Shown: in pieces, positions 11,626 to 21,958 of the stretch | Position numbering within the stretch: the first letter of the stretch is position 1 | Layout of the letters: each line of letters starts with the position of its first letter | DNA from: Syntrophobacter sp. SbD2 | GTDB lineage: Bacteria > Desulfobacterota > Binatia > UBA9968 | DNA: 64,000 nt | Assembly: GCA_945889495.1 (NCBI GenBank) | Contig: CAMDBU010000001.1 | Location: 17,877-81,876 of the forward strand | Reading direction: 5' to 3' | Notes under the pieces: model-generated | Databases searched by the model: none | What the model was told of the DNA's origin: nothing | What the model saw: the letters and a program-made list of their open reading frames with translations, nothing else | Program-made: the position numbers and the translations under genes

Positions 11626-11710
11626 TTAACCACGAAAAACACGAAAGGCACGAAAGTTGGGATTCGGAATCCTTTTCTTCTTTTCGTGTCTTTTCGTGTT
11701 TAAAAATCTT
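11626..11710. repeat. Hairpin repeat, A family (ACCACGAAAAACACGAAAGGCACGAA…), with nested palindrome GGATTCGGAATCC.
   Basis: The same ~40-nt core recurs at 35614-35672 and 37031-37112, with variants at 38341-38390 and 52895-52960. Confidence 0.6.
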
Positions 11711-11745
11711 TGGGTTTCGGGTCGATGCGAGGGGCGAGCTCTCGC

Positions 11746-12198
11746 TTAGCTATCCAGATCCGGCTTGGGCAGCGGGATGCAGGGGACGCCTTCTTCGGCG
11801 AGTTCTTTGACTTCGTTCAGAGTCGCGGTGCCGTGGATCGGCCGCTCTTCGGCTTCACCTTTGTGGATCTGTTTGGCTTCCTCGGCGAAGCGCGGGCCGA
11901 CGTCCTCGAAGTTTTCCTTGACGTAGTGGTGCACGCGCAGGAGCATTTCCTTGAACTCCGCCGCGCTGGGCGGCGCCTCGGTGGCCGGGGTTTGTTTCTT
12001 GGCCTTCGCCGGCGGCGCGGGTGGCTGCTCTTTTTTTACATGGACGGCGCAGGCGTGGGGCACCTTTTCGACCTTGGTGGTGCCGCAGGTGGGACAAGAG
12101 ATGAGCTTCTTGTCGGCCTGCTTCTGGAAATCTTCGAAGCTCGGAAACCAGCCTTCGAAGCTATGCTTTTTCTTGCACAGGAGATTGTAGATCACCAT
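11746..12198 (-). CDS. DUF1178-family protein, 150 aa.
   Basis: N-terminal MVIYNLLCKKKHSFEGWFPSFEDF…ISCPTCG zinc-ribbon-like motif, characteristic of DUF1178. Confidence 0.6.
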   Translation of the reverse strand: MVIYNLLCKKKHSFEGWFPSFEDFQKQADKKLISCPTCGTTKVEKVPHACAVHVKKEQPPAPPAKAKKQTPATEAPPSAAEFKEMLLRVHHYVKENFEDVGPRFAEEAKQIHKGEAEERPIHGTATLNEVKELAEEGVPCIPLPKPDLDS

Positions 12199-12355
12199 GG
12201 ATATTTACCGCTGAGACAATCATTAAGGTCGCTCGCTGGGGTTGTCAAGAGTGGGCGTCGCTGGGACCGGCGGGCAACGCGCAAAAAGCGCTGTAGATTC
12301 CAATTCTTTACACAAAAGTATAAAAAGAGCGGCATGACAGTTAGATTGAAAGCCG

Positions 12356-13510
12356 ATGGCCGAGCCAATTAGCCTGCGCGTGGTGCAGAAGATCGCCGAT
12401 ATCCCGCGCCAGCGCTGGGATGGGTTGGTCGGCACGGCGACGCCGTTTCTCAAATGGGATTGGTTGGAGAGCCTCGAACAGTCGGGCTGCGTCAATGAGC
12501 AGTCTGGCTGGCTGCCCCATCACATCGTCGTCGAGCAGGGCGGCCAACTGGTCGGCGCCTGCGCGATGTATTTGAAGCTCCACAGCATGGGCGAGTTCGT
12601 GTTCGACTACGAGTGGGCCGACGCGGCGCAGCGCTCTGGCATTCAATACTATCCGAAAATGCTCGTCGGTGTGCCGTTCACGCCGGTGACCGGCCAGCGC
12701 TTTCTCACCGCGCCGGGCGAAGATCGCGGCGCGCTGATTCAGTTCATGGGGCAGGCGCTGGCGAAGATCGCCGCCGACAACAAGATTTCCTCGGTGCATG
12801 TCAACTTTTGCCAGGCCGACGAGAAGGAAGCGCTGGAAGCGGTGGGCTTCATGCCGCGCCACGGCATTCAGTATCATTGGCAAAACCGTGGCTATTCATC
12901 CTTCGACGACTATCTCGCCAGCTTTCGTAGCGACCGGCGCAACAAGGTCAAACGCGAGCGCCGCGAGGTCGCCGAGCGCGGCATTACGATCCGTGCCTAC
13001 GAGGGCGCCGAGCTGACCCAAGCGCATCTGCGCACCATGTTTCAATTATACAAAGGCCATGTCGACCGGCTCTACTATGGCCGGCAGTATCTAACCCAGG
13101 AGTTTTTCGACGAGCTGCACAAGCGCTTCGCTAACAATCTTTGCCTGATGCTGGCCGAGCGCGACGGCAAGATCATCGCCGGCACGTTCAACGTGCGCGA
13201 CGACCAGGCGATGTACGGTCGTTATTGGGGCTGTTCGGAGGAGCATCCATTTTTGCACTTCAACGTTTGTTATTATTCCGCCATCGAGCACTCGATCCGC
13301 ATCGGCCTCGCGCGCTTCGAGGCCGGCGCCGGCGGTAGTTTTAAACAGCTGCGCGGCCTCGACCCTGAGCATACTACCAGCGTGCACTACATCGTCGATG
13401 GCCAATTTCGCCGCGCCGTCGAGCGTTTTCTTGCCCAGGAGCGGGAAATGATCCGGCGCAAGCGCGAGTTACAGCTCGAACATAGCCAGTTGAAGCCCGA
13501 CAGAGATTGA
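12356..13510 (+). CDS. GNAT/FemAB-like N-acyltransferase family protein (PF04339-like), 384 aa.
   Basis: Length and overall conservation pattern (…FLKWDWLESLEQSG…, C-terminal GNAT-like fold). The assignment rests on family recall only. Confidence 0.5.
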   Translation: MAEPISLRVVQKIADIPRQRWDGLVGTATPFLKWDWLESLEQSGCVNEQSGWLPHHIVVEQGGQLVGACAMYLKLHSMGEFVFDYEWADAAQRSGIQYYPKMLVGVPFTPVTGQRFLTAPGEDRGALIQFMGQALAKIAADNKISSVHVNFCQADEKEALEAVGFMPRHGIQYHWQNRGYSSFDDYLASFRSDRRNKVKRERREVAERGITIRAYEGAELTQAHLRTMFQLYKGHVDRLYYGRQYLTQEFFDELHKRFANNLCLMLAERDGKIIAGTFNVRDDQAMYGRYWGCSEEHPFLHFNVCYYSAIEHSIRIGLARFEAGAGGSFKQLRGLDPEHTTSVHYIVDGQFRRAVERFLAQEREMIRRKRELQLEHSQLKPDRD

Positions 13511-13530
13511 TTAGCGACTGGAAGCTGGAC

Positions 13531-14844
13531 CTACAGCAGAGTGCCGCGTAATACGACCGCCGCTACCGTAAAGTAAATCACCAAGCCAGTGACATCGACG
13601 AGGGTTGCGACGAAGGGCGCCGACGCGCTGGCGGGGTCGAAGCCCAGCGAGCGTAAAATGAACGGCAGGATCGAGCCCATCAGTGATCCCCACATGACCA
13701 CGCCGACTAAACTTAGACTGACGGTCAGAGCGATGAGAAAATAATGCTCGCCGTAGGCGGCGAACCAGTATTGCCAGAGTAGGATGCGCACCAGGCCGAT
13801 GGACGCCAAGATCAGCCCCAACGCCAGGCCGGTGGTGAACTCGCGGCGGATGACGCGCCACCAGTCGCGCAGCCGCACTTCGCCCAAGGCCATGGCGCGG
13901 ATCACCAACGTGGTCGCTTGGGATCCGGAGTTGCCGCCGCTGCTGATGATCAGCGGCACGAACAGGGCGAGGATCACGGCGCGGGCGATCTCGGCCTCGA
14001 AATAGCCCATCGCCGTGGCGGTGAGCATCTCGCCCAAAAACAGCGCGGCTAGCCAGCCGGCGCGCTTTTGAATCATCTTCGCCAGCGAGACTTGCAAGTA
14101 GGGGCCGTCCAAGGACGCCGCGCCGCCGATTTTGTGAATGTCCTCGGTGGCTTCTTCCTGGACGACATCGACGATGTCGTCGACGCTGACGATGCCTTTG
14201 ATGCGCCCTTCGGCGTCGACCACTGGAACCATCAGCAGGTGGTGGCGCATGAAAAGCTTGCTCAGCGCCTCCTGGTCCATCTCTTCGTTGGCGGCGATGA
14301 TCTGGGTGCGCATGACCTCGCCAATCGATTTATCGGCCGGCGTGACGATCAAATCGCGGAAGGTGACGACGCCGAGCAAGCGCTCTTGGTGATCGACGAC
14401 ATAGGCGTAATAGGTCGTGCGCGCCCGGCTCTGGGCGTCGCGGCGCAGATAACTGATCGCCTCGCCGACGGTCATCTCGGGACGGAGCCGCGAGTAGCGC
14501 GTGTTCATCAAGCCGCCGGCATCGTCCTCGGCGTAATCGAGCAGCCCTTTAACTTCCCGTTGGGTGGCGTTGTCGAGTAGTTCGAGTAGCGCGCTGCGCT
14601 CCTTTTGCGGCGCTTCTTGGATCAAATCGGCGGCGTCGTCGGGGGCGAGCAGGCGCACCCATAGGCGGCGCTCGCCGGCGGGCAGGCCGAGCACCAGGTT
14701 GGCGCGGTCGCGCAGGCTCAATTGCAGGAAAAACGATTCGGCGTCGTCCCGTTGTAAAAACTCGAAGCCCTCGACGCGCTCGGCGCGGGACAGCACCGGC
14801 CAGGCGTCGTACAACTCGGAAGGGGTGAAAGTTTTCTGCGCCAT
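13531..14844 (-). CDS. mgtE: Magnesium transporter MgtE, 437 aa.
   Basis: N-terminal domain, tandem CBS region, then a C-terminal 5-TM domain with …SSGGNSGSQ…. Confidence 0.85.
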   Translation of the reverse strand: MAQKTFTPSELYDAWPVLSRAERVEGFEFLQRDDAESFFLQLSLRDRANLVLGLPAGERRLWVRLLAPDDAADLIQEAPQKERSALLELLDNATQREVKGLLDYAEDDAGGLMNTRYSRLRPEMTVGEAISYLRRDAQSRARTTYYAYVVDHQERLLGVVTFRDLIVTPADKSIGEVMRTQIIAANEEMDQEALSKLFMRHHLLMVPVVDAEGRIKGIVSVDDIVDVVQEEATEDIHKIGGAASLDGPYLQVSLAKMIQKRAGWLAALFLGEMLTATAMGYFEAEIARAVILALFVPLIISSGGNSGSQATTLVIRAMALGEVRLRDWWRVIRREFTTGLALGLILASIGLVRILLWQYWFAAYGEHYFLIALTVSLSLVGVVMWGSLMGSILPFILRSLGFDPASASAPFVATLVDVTGLVIYFTVAAVVLRGTLL

Positions 14845-14927
14845 GGTGTGTCAATCTCGGGAACCGTTGCACTGGTTTCTAACACATCGCCTCGTGCGTG
14901 CAATTGAGCGCCAATGACGGATCGGTG

Positions 14928-15773
14928 ATGATTCTTCGCTCCGGCAATTTCTTGACTCCATGGATGCTTTCCATTAACGTCGGCGCCAGTGCAGCTGTGA
15001 AATCTTCCTGGAAAAATGTCGCCGAGCCGGTGGTCTTCTTTGTCGTCCTGCTGATTTTGTGGGAGATCCTCGTCGAGGTCATTCAAGTTCCATCCTTCAT
15101 TTTGCCGCCGCCGCGGGATCTTTACACGGCATTTATCAAAAAGTTGCCGATCTTAGGCCATCACGCCTGGATCACCTTCATCGAAGCCTTCGGCGGCTTC
15201 GCATTATCTCTAATACTCGGCGTCGGCTTCGCCATCTCGGTGGTCTACTCGCGCCATTTGCAGAATACCATCTATCCGCTGATCGTGATTCTCTACGCCA
15301 TGCCCAAGAGCGCCTTCGCGCCGTTGATGGTGATCTGGGTCGGCTATGGCATGTTTTCGAAAATCTCCATCGCCTTTCTCGTGGCGTTTTTTCCCATCGT
15401 CGTCAATACCGTGGTCGGACTGAAAGAAGTGGAGCCTGAGCTCTTGGAGCTGGCGCGTATCAACCGCGGCTCGGCTTGGGATGTGTTCAAGAAAATCCGC
15501 CTGCCCAATTCGCTGCCCTACATGTTCGCCGGCATAAAAGTCGCCATCGTGCTGTCGGTCACCGGCGCCATTGTCGCCGAGTTTGTCGCCGCCAACGAAG
15601 GGTTGGGCTATTTGGTTCTGCAAGCCAACTATAGTTTGGATACGGCGTTCGCTCTGGTGATTCTACTAATTCTCGCCGTGTTATCTTTGGGGCTATTCTG
15701 GTTGGCCGAGTTCTGCCAGAGGAAACTCGCGCCCTGGAGCGCGGGGGTACGCGAAGTCGAAGGTTCTTTCTAA
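14928..15773 (+). CDS. ABC transporter permease (NitT/TauT family, binding-protein-dependent inner-membrane component).
   Basis: Six TM helices. The gene is immediately followed by its substrate-binding-protein and ATPase genes. ATG 14928 was chosen; GTG 14898 is possible. Confidence 0.75.
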   Translation: MILRSGNFLTPWMLSINVGASAAVKSSWKNVAEPVVFFVVLLILWEILVEVIQVPSFILPPPRDLYTAFIKKLPILGHHAWITFIEAFGGFALSLILGVGFAISVVYSRHLQNTIYPLIVILYAMPKSAFAPLMVIWVGYGMFSKISIAFLVAFFPIVVNTVVGLKEVEPELLELARINRGSAWDVFKKIRLPNSLPYMFAGIKVAIVLSVTGAIVAEFVAANEGLGYLVLQANYSLDTAFALVILLILAVLSLGLFWLAEFCQRKLAPWSAGVREVEGSF

Positions 15774-15795
15774 TTTGTCATTGGCGGAGGAAACC

Positions 15796-16794
15796 ATGAA
15801 ATTGCGCTTCTCTATATTGACGACGGCGCTGGCTCTGGCGCTGAGCAGTTCCGCAGCGCCGCTCATCGCTGCGGAATTGACGCCGGCGAACATTCGCATG
15901 GACTTTATCATCGGCGGCAAGCATGCGCCCTGGTATGTCGCTTTGGAAAAAGGTTTCTATGCCAAGCGCGGCATCGCGGCGACGATTCAGGCGAGCACCG
16001 GCTCGGCGGACACCGTGCGCGTGGTCGGCTCCGGCGGCGCCGATTTTGGCTTCGCCGACATCGCCACCATGATGGTGGCCAAAACGCGCGGCGCGCCGGT
16101 GCAGGCGGCGGCGCAATTCGGCTATGTCGGCGCGACCATCATGTGGCGCGACGAGGGGGCGATCAAAAGCATTAAAGATCTGCCCGGTAAATCCTTGGCC
16201 ATCAGTCCGGGCCAGGCGCAATGGTTTTTGATGCCGGCCTACGCGCGGGTCAACAAAATCGATTTCAAGGCGATCAAGATTCAAGAAACCGCGCCGCCGA
16301 TCCAGCCGGCCGCGTTGGTGACCAAGAAAGCCGACTTCATCATCATGTTCCGCGCCTCCAACGATGAAGTCGCCGAGCTGGCGGCCGCCAAGGTCGGCGT
16401 CAAGCTGACCCGGGTGTTCATGAAGGATACCGGGCTGGATATTTACGGCACCAGCCTGATCGTCAAGGATGAAGACATCAAGAAACGGCCGGAGTTCGTG
16501 CGCGGCTACGTCGAAGGAACTTTGGAAGGGTTGCGCTACGCGCGCGACAATCAGGAAGAGGCGCTGAAAATCCTCCTCAAGCATAAACCGGAACTCGACG
16601 GCATTTTGACCACTCAGCAGTTGAAAAACGCCCTCACCGAAGTGTTTCTGCCGCTGGAGTCGGTGAATGTCGGTTTGGGTTTCATGAAGCCAGACATCAT
16701 GGAAAAGACCGTTAGGGTGGTCAATGAATACTTCGACGTTGGCCGCAAGGTGATGGCGAAGGAAGTTTTCACCAACCAGTTCATCAAGCGTTAA
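15796..16794 (+). CDS. NMT1/THI5-like ABC substrate-binding protein (nitrate/sulfonate/bicarbonate family), with signal peptide.
   Basis: RBS GGAGGA then ATG 15796. Signal peptide MKLRFSILTTALALALSSSAAPLIAA. It sits within the transporter operon. Confidence 0.8.
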   Translation: MKLRFSILTTALALALSSSAAPLIAAELTPANIRMDFIIGGKHAPWYVALEKGFYAKRGIAATIQASTGSADTVRVVGSGGADFGFADIATMMVAKTRGAPVQAAAQFGYVGATIMWRDEGAIKSIKDLPGKSLAISPGQAQWFLMPAYARVNKIDFKAIKIQETAPPIQPAALVTKKADFIIMFRASNDEVAELAAAKVGVKLTRVFMKDTGLDIYGTSLIVKDEDIKKRPEFVRGYVEGTLEGLRYARDNQEEALKILLKHKPELDGILTTQQLKNALTEVFLPLESVNVGLGFMKPDIMEKTVRVVNEYFDVGRKVMAKEVFTNQFIKR

Positions 16795-16816
16795 TCGGTT
16801 AGCTGAAAGTAACGTT

Positions 16817-17611
16817 GTGCCACCGCTGATCGCCGTCCAACAAGTCTCGCGGCTGTTCACCACCGCCACGCGGACGGTGACGGCGTTGGACAATATCTCC
16901 TTCGACATCCATCCGGGCAACTTCGTTTCCATCGTCGGGCCGAGCGGCTGCGGCAAGAGCACGCTGTTAAAAATCATCTCGGGCTTGATGCCGGCCTCCT
17001 CCGGCACGGTCACCGTGGCCGGCCATCAGGTCGATAGCCCGCTGGAAAATGTCGGCATGGTGTTTCAGGCGCCGGTGCTGCTCAAGTGGCGCTCGGTGCT
17101 TGGCAACGTGCTTTTGCCGGTGGAGTTCGCCAAACTCGAGGTCGCCCAATATATCGACAAGGCGCGCGCCTTGATCAAGCTTGTCGGCCTCGACGGTTTC
17201 GAGGAGATGTATCCCCATGAGCTCTCCGGCGGCATGCAGCAGCGCGCGTCCTTGTGCCGCGCCCTGGTCACCGACCCGCAATTGTTGCTAATGGACGAGC
17301 CCTTCGGTGCCCTCGACGCCATGACCCGCGACGAGCTGGACATGGAGCTGTTGCGCATCTGGGAGGAGCGCAAGAAGACGGTTTTGTTCGTCACCCACAG
17401 CATTCAGGAAGCGGTGTTTCTCTCCGATTTAGTTTTCGTCATGTCGGCCCGGCCGGGCCGGCTGATCGAGACCATCGCCATCGATTTGCCGCGGCCGCGC
17501 ACCATGGAAATGATGAGCGCCGTGAAATTTGGCGAGTATACGTTGCAAATTCGCGCCCTGCTCGCCTCGGCCGGCGGCGCCCACGCGGCCGCGGTCGGCT
17601 CGACCACGTGA
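16817..17611 (+). CDS. ABC transporter ATP-binding protein (NitT/TauT family).
   Basis: Walker A GPSGCGKST. Signature LSGGMQQR. Walker B LLLMDEPFGALD. GTG start. Confidence 0.85.
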   Translation: MPPLIAVQQVSRLFTTATRTVTALDNISFDIHPGNFVSIVGPSGCGKSTLLKIISGLMPASSGTVTVAGHQVDSPLENVGMVFQAPVLLKWRSVLGNVLLPVEFAKLEVAQYIDKARALIKLVGLDGFEEMYPHELSGGMQQRASLCRALVTDPQLLLMDEPFGALDAMTRDELDMELLRIWEERKKTVLFVTHSIQEAVFLSDLVFVMSARPGRLIETIAIDLPRPRTMEMMSAVKFGEYTLQIRALLASAGGAHAAAVGSTT

Positions 17612-17644
17612 ACTTTAAATTCTAGTGCGCTATGATGCTCGGAA

Positions 17645-17664
17645 GGGCGAATGATTATTCGCCC
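17645..17664 (+). terminator. GC hairpin GGGCGAAT-GATT-ATTCGCCC downstream of the ABC ATPase. No T-run follows it.
   Basis: Perfect 8-bp stem seen in the sequence. Without a T-run, its role as a terminator is uncertain. Confidence 0.3.
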
Positions 17665-17777
17665 CGACACCGAGGCGCCGAGAAGATAACTTCCCACGAG
17701 AGATAATTTCTGAACTCTGTGCCCTCTGTGGTGAAAAAGTCTTTTCCCAACGAAGCGAACGCGAATTCATACTTAAG

Positions 17778-18821
17778 ATGGCAACGACAAAAGGACTGAC
17801 CTACGCCCAGGCGGGCGTTAGCATCGAAGCCGGCGACCAACTAGTGCGGCGCATCGGCCCCATCGCCAAAGCGACCCAAGTCCCCGGCGTGCTCGCCGGC
17901 GTCGGCGGCTTTAGCGCGCTGTTCGATCTCAAATCGCGCGGCTATCGGGCGCCGGTGCTGGTCTCCTCCACCGACGGCGTCGGCACCAAACTTAAGATTG
18001 CCTTTCAGACCGGCATTCACGACACCATCGGCATCGATCTGGTCGCCATGGGGGTCAACGATATCTTGACCCAGGGGGCGGCGCCGCTGTTTTTTCTCGA
18101 CTACTTCGTCTGCGGCAAGCTCGACGTCAAGATCACCGAGGCGGTGGTGCGCGGCATCGCCGCAGGCTGCCGCCAGGCCGGCTGCGCGCTGATCGGTGGC
18201 GAGACCGCCGAGCATCCCGGCGACTTTCCCAAGGGCGAGTACGATCTCGCCGGCTTTGTCGTCGGCGTCTTGGAAAAGAAAAAAATCATCGATCCGGCGG
18301 CGATCGTGCCGGGCGATGTTTTAATCGGTATTCCGTCCAGCGGTTTGCACAGCAACGGCTATTCACTGGCGCGCAAGGTCTTGCTCGAACATGGCGGATT
18401 GAAATTATCTCGGCGTATTCCCGAGCTTGGCCGCAAGTTGGGCGAAGAGCTGCTCGAACCGACACGCATCTACGCCCAGTTGACTAAGAAACTGTTCAGC
18501 GAATTTCGCATTAAAGGCGCGGCCCATATCACCGGCGGCGGCATCACCGGAAATCTGCCGCGGGTGTTGCCAACTGGGCGCCACGCGGTGATCGAGCGCC
18601 AGAGTTGGCCGGTGCCGGTCATATTCAATCTAATTCAAAAAATCGGCGCGGTGGCGCAGCCGGAGATGGACGCGACCTTCAATATGGGGCTCGGCCTGAT
18701 TCTCGTCGTCGCCAAGAAAGATGCCGACCGGGTTGGCGCCACGCTCAAACGCATGGGCGAGGACAGTTTTGTTATTGGCGAAATTCGCCGAGGTTCTAAA
18801 GGCGCGACGATTCGGTCGTAA
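17778..18821 (+). CDS. purM: Phosphoribosylformylglycinamidine cyclo-ligase (AIR synthetase).
   Basis: MATTKGLTYAQAGVSIEAGDQLV… is a canonical PurM N-terminus. 347 aa. Confidence 0.9.
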   Translation: MATTKGLTYAQAGVSIEAGDQLVRRIGPIAKATQVPGVLAGVGGFSALFDLKSRGYRAPVLVSSTDGVGTKLKIAFQTGIHDTIGIDLVAMGVNDILTQGAAPLFFLDYFVCGKLDVKITEAVVRGIAAGCRQAGCALIGGETAEHPGDFPKGEYDLAGFVVGVLEKKKIIDPAAIVPGDVLIGIPSSGLHSNGYSLARKVLLEHGGLKLSRRIPELGRKLGEELLEPTRIYAQLTKKLFSEFRIKGAAHITGGGITGNLPRVLPTGRHAVIERQSWPVPVIFNLIQKIGAVAQPEMDATFNMGLGLILVVAKKDADRVGATLKRMGEDSFVIGEIRRGSKGATIRS

Positions 18822-18828
18822 AAAAATT

Positions 18829-19491
18829 ATGGCGAGAAAAGTTCCCATCGGCGTATTGCTCTCCGGCGGCGGCACCAACCTGCAGGCGATCATCGACGCC
18901 ATCGCGGCGCACAAGCTCGACGCCAAGATCGAGTTGGTGCTGAGCAACAAAGCTGACGCCTTCGGTTTAACCAGGGCGCGCAACCATGGCATCGCCACCG
19001 AAATTTTAGATCATAAAGCGTATCCAAGCCGCGAGGCCTTCGATCAAGCGGTGGTCGATTTGCTGCGCGGCCACGGCGTCGAGCTGGTGGTGCTCGCCGG
19101 CTTCATGCGTTTGCTCTCGCCGGTGTTCATCAAAGCCTACTCCAACCGGATCATGAACATCCACCCGGCGTTGCTGCCGTCATTCCCCGGTCTCCATGTG
19201 CAGAAAAAAGCCCTCGACCATGGCGTGCGTTTTGCCGGCTGCACGGTGCATTTCGTCAACGAAGAGTGCGACGAGGGGCCGATCATCATTCAAGCGGTGG
19301 TGCCGGTATTCCCCGACGATTCGGAGGACTCCCTGGCGGCGCGCATCCTCACGCAGGAGCATCAGATTTATCCGCGCGCCATTCAGCTCTACGCCGAAGG
19401 CCGTCTGCATGTCAGTGGCCGGCGCGTGCTAGTGGATGGACTGAACAAAGACGAGGGCGCCGTGCTCGTCCAACCGCCGCTGCAATCATGA
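18829..19491 (+). CDS. purN: Phosphoribosylglycinamide formyltransferase.
   Basis: MARKVPIGVLLSGGGTNLQAIIDA… and …NIHPALLPSFPG… are PurN motifs. ATG 18829 is 8 nt after the purM stop. Confidence 0.85.
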   Translation: MARKVPIGVLLSGGGTNLQAIIDAIAAHKLDAKIELVLSNKADAFGLTRARNHGIATEILDHKAYPSREAFDQAVVDLLRGHGVELVVLAGFMRLLSPVFIKAYSNRIMNIHPALLPSFPGLHVQKKALDHGVRFAGCTVHFVNEECDEGPIIIQAVVPVFPDDSEDSLAARILTQEHQIYPRAIQLYAEGRLHVSGRRVLVDGLNKDEGAVLVQPPLQS

Positions 19492-20462
19492 AGCAGGCAA
19501 AACCGATCGTTATCTTGCTGCTCAAGCTGCTGGTTAGCGGCGGCCTGTTGGCGTACTTTTTCTCCCGGGTGCATCCCGAGTGTTTCATTGAGACCTTCGC
19601 CACCGCGAACTACTCTTGGATCCTGTTGGCGTTGGTGGTCTACCTGTGCACTCAAGGGCTGAGCGCGGTACGCTGGGCTGCGCTGGCGCGTCCGTTGGGT
19701 ATCCAGACGCCGTTCAGGGACATGCTCAAATTTTACTTGATCGGTATGTTCTTCAATTTATTCGCGCCAGGCACGGTGGGCGGCGATGTTAGCCGGGTGC
19801 TCTATTTGGTGCGCGATCAAGACGCCCACGCCGCCGGACGCTCGGTGACCACCACCCACGCGACGATGTCGGTGTTGATGGATCGCGCCATCGGCATGAT
19901 CGTCTTGGTCTGGGTCGGCGCCGCGGGGCTGTTGCTTTTTCCCGCCTACCCGGTGCCGTCGCTGGCTCGTTTGATCACCCTGTTGCTCGCCGGCGGCTTT
20001 GTCGGCGGCGTGCTGTTACTGCCCATGCTCCGGCGTTTGTTGCCCGAAGACGGCCATCCGCTGGTGGTCAAGATTCGCCTGGCCCTGCGCAGTTACCGCA
20101 CCCAGTGGCGCGCCTTGGCGCTGGCCGCGGCGCTATCTCTGGGGGTGCATCTGATCCAGGCCTGGATGCATCAGGTCATGGGCCGGGCGCTCGGCTTAAC
20201 CGTGCCCTATTCGTTCTGCCTAATCGTCTATCCGCTGGTTGGCACATTCTCGGCGATCCCGGTGAGTGTGAATGGACTGGGGTTGCGCGAAGGCGGCTAT
20301 ATTTATTTGCTCGCCGTCATCGGCATCGGCACCGAGCAGGGCATCGCCTTCGGGTTGCTGCTGTTCCTGATCGTCGCCCTCGACAGTCTATTGGGAGGGG
20401 TCCTCTTCCTCCTGCAAAAGTCGCCGCGAGCGGCTACCACCGTCGCCGAAAAAGCAGTCTAG
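19488..20462 (+). CDS. Lysylphosphatidylglycerol-synthase-TM-like / flippase-like membrane protein (UPF0104 family).
   Basis: Its ATG overlaps the purN stop (ATGA). Eight predicted TM segments. …LIGMFFNLFAPGTVGGDVSRV… is typical of this family. Confidence 0.55.
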   Translation: MKQAKPIVILLLKLLVSGGLLAYFFSRVHPECFIETFATANYSWILLALVVYLCTQGLSAVRWAALARPLGIQTPFRDMLKFYLIGMFFNLFAPGTVGGDVSRVLYLVRDQDAHAAGRSVTTTHATMSVLMDRAIGMIVLVWVGAAGLLLFPAYPVPSLARLITLLLAGGFVGGVLLLPMLRRLLPEDGHPLVVKIRLALRSYRTQWRALALAAALSLGVHLIQAWMHQVMGRALGLTVPYSFCLIVYPLVGTFSAIPVSVNGLGLREGGYIYLLAVIGIGTEQGIAFGLLLFLIVALDSLLGGVLFLLQKSPRAATTVAEKAV

Positions 20463-21814
20463 ACTAAATACGCGCGGAAAATCGTCGCCAGGCCGAGGAA
20501 CGACAGAAAGCCGAAGGCATCGGTAAGACCGGTGACGATGATGCCGGACCCAAGGGCGGGATCGAGCTTCATCGCTTTCAACAACAGCGGAATCACCGCG
20601 CCGGCAAAACCCGCCATCAGTCCCAGATTCAACAGCATGGCGCCGGCTAGCACCAACCCCAGATAAGCATTACTCTTCCACAGACCGGCGGCGACGGCGA
20701 TCATGACGCCGGCGGCGATGGCGATGCAAATATTCACCGAGACCTGTTTGACGATCGCTTTCCAGGCCGAGGAGAATTCCAGCTCGCCCAGCGCGATGGC
20801 GCGAATGATCACCGTGGCGGTCTGGGTGGCGCCGTTGCCGCCGACGCCGGCGACCACCGGCATGAAGGTGACCAGGGCGATGATCTCGTGCAGCGTGCCT
20901 TCGAACAGCCCGACGATGGAAGCGGCCAGGGATGCCGTCAAGAGATTGAGGATGGTCCAGGGCAGGCGCATCTTCACCGAGCGCGCCACCGGCGTGAAGA
21001 CCCGGTCCTCCTCGGCCAAGCCGACCATCTTGTACATGTCCTCGGTGCTTTCTTCCTTGATGATGTCGATGACATCGTCCACCGTGATGATGCCTTCAAG
21101 GCGGCCGCCTTCGTCGACGATCGGCAGCGCTAGTAGTTCGTACTTGGCGACCAGGCGGGCGGCGTCCTCTTGATCCATGAAGACATCGGCCTTGATCGGA
21201 TCGGCGATCATCATCTCGCTCAATTTGCGCGCCGGCGGCGCGATCACCAGGTTGCGGATCGGCACCACACCGGTGAGCTTGCCGTCGTCGTCGACGACGT
21301 AGAGATAAAAAAAGCTTTCGAGCTCGCCGCGCTCGCGGATTTTATCGATGGCGCCCTGGGCGGTGGCGTCCGGCGGCAGCGCCATGAAGTCGGTGGTCAT
21401 CAGGCGGCCGACGGTGCCGTCGGGGTAGTTGATGATCTCGCGCACCGCCGCCTGGCGCTCCGGGTCGAGCAGCGCCATGACGCGCTCGCGGCGCTCGTCG
21501 GGCAGGCTGTCGATGAAGGTGACCGCGTCGTCGGGGTCGGCGCGCACGATCAGCCGGCCGACCTTATCGTCGTCGATCAGCGCGAGAATGTCCGGCAGCA
21601 GCTCCGGCGGCAGTTCTTTGAGGGTCTTGGCGGCGCGCCGGGACGAGAACAAGACGTCGAACAGCTGGCGCACTTCGGCCTGGTCGAGTCCTTTGAACAG
21701 CAAAGCGATGTCGGCCGGATGACTCTTGCCGATGAAACGGAGCACCCGGTCGGGGGTCGCGGTGCGCAGCATTTCGCGCACGGTGTCGTAATCGATGGGA
21801 GCGGGTTTCATCAT
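20459..21814 (-). CDS. mgtE: Magnesium transporter MgtE (second paralogue), 451 aa.
   Basis: Same N-domain / CBS / TM architecture as 13531-14844. Confidence 0.85.
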   Translation of the reverse strand: MMKPAPIDYDTVREMLRTATPDRVLRFIGKSHPADIALLFKGLDQAEVRQLFDVLFSSRRAAKTLKELPPELLPDILALIDDDKVGRLIVRADPDDAVTFIDSLPDERRERVMALLDPERQAAVREIINYPDGTVGRLMTTDFMALPPDATAQGAIDKIRERGELESFFYLYVVDDDGKLTGVVPIRNLVIAPPARKLSEMMIADPIKADVFMDQEDAARLVAKYELLALPIVDEGGRLEGIITVDDVIDIIKEESTEDMYKMVGLAEEDRVFTPVARSVKMRLPWTILNLLTASLAASIVGLFEGTLHEIIALVTFMPVVAGVGGNGATQTATVIIRAIALGELEFSSAWKAIVKQVSVNICIAIAAGVMIAVAAGLWKSNAYLGLVLAGAMLLNLGLMAGFAGAVIPLLLKAMKLDPALGSGIIVTGLTDAFGFLSFLGLATIFRAYLV

Positions 21815-21958
21815 GCTTTTTTGCCTTAAAGGTAGGTTCCTTCATAGACATTGAGATAGTTATTTGCAAATGTTCTCTGCCAAAGGCGCCAGTTTAACCG
21901 TGCCGGGGAAATTTGCTATGGTGTTGCCAGGGCCGAGAGCGCCGAGGATTATACGTTG

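Noticed and set aside
15778-17013. A 411-aa minus-strand ORF.
   Set aside because: It is antisense to the substrate-binding-protein and ABC ATPase genes, which carry clear motifs. Its composition is artefactual (RR/GG-rich).
17612-17777. A possible purine or ZTP riboswitch upstream of purM.
   Set aside because: There is no recognisable ZTP (pfl) or purine aptamer consensus. Only a terminator-like hairpin from the upstream gene is present.
13531-21814. The two mgtE paralogues considered as an unusual duplication.
   Set aside because: Multiple MgtE copies are common in large genomes. Nothing is atypical beyond the paralogy.
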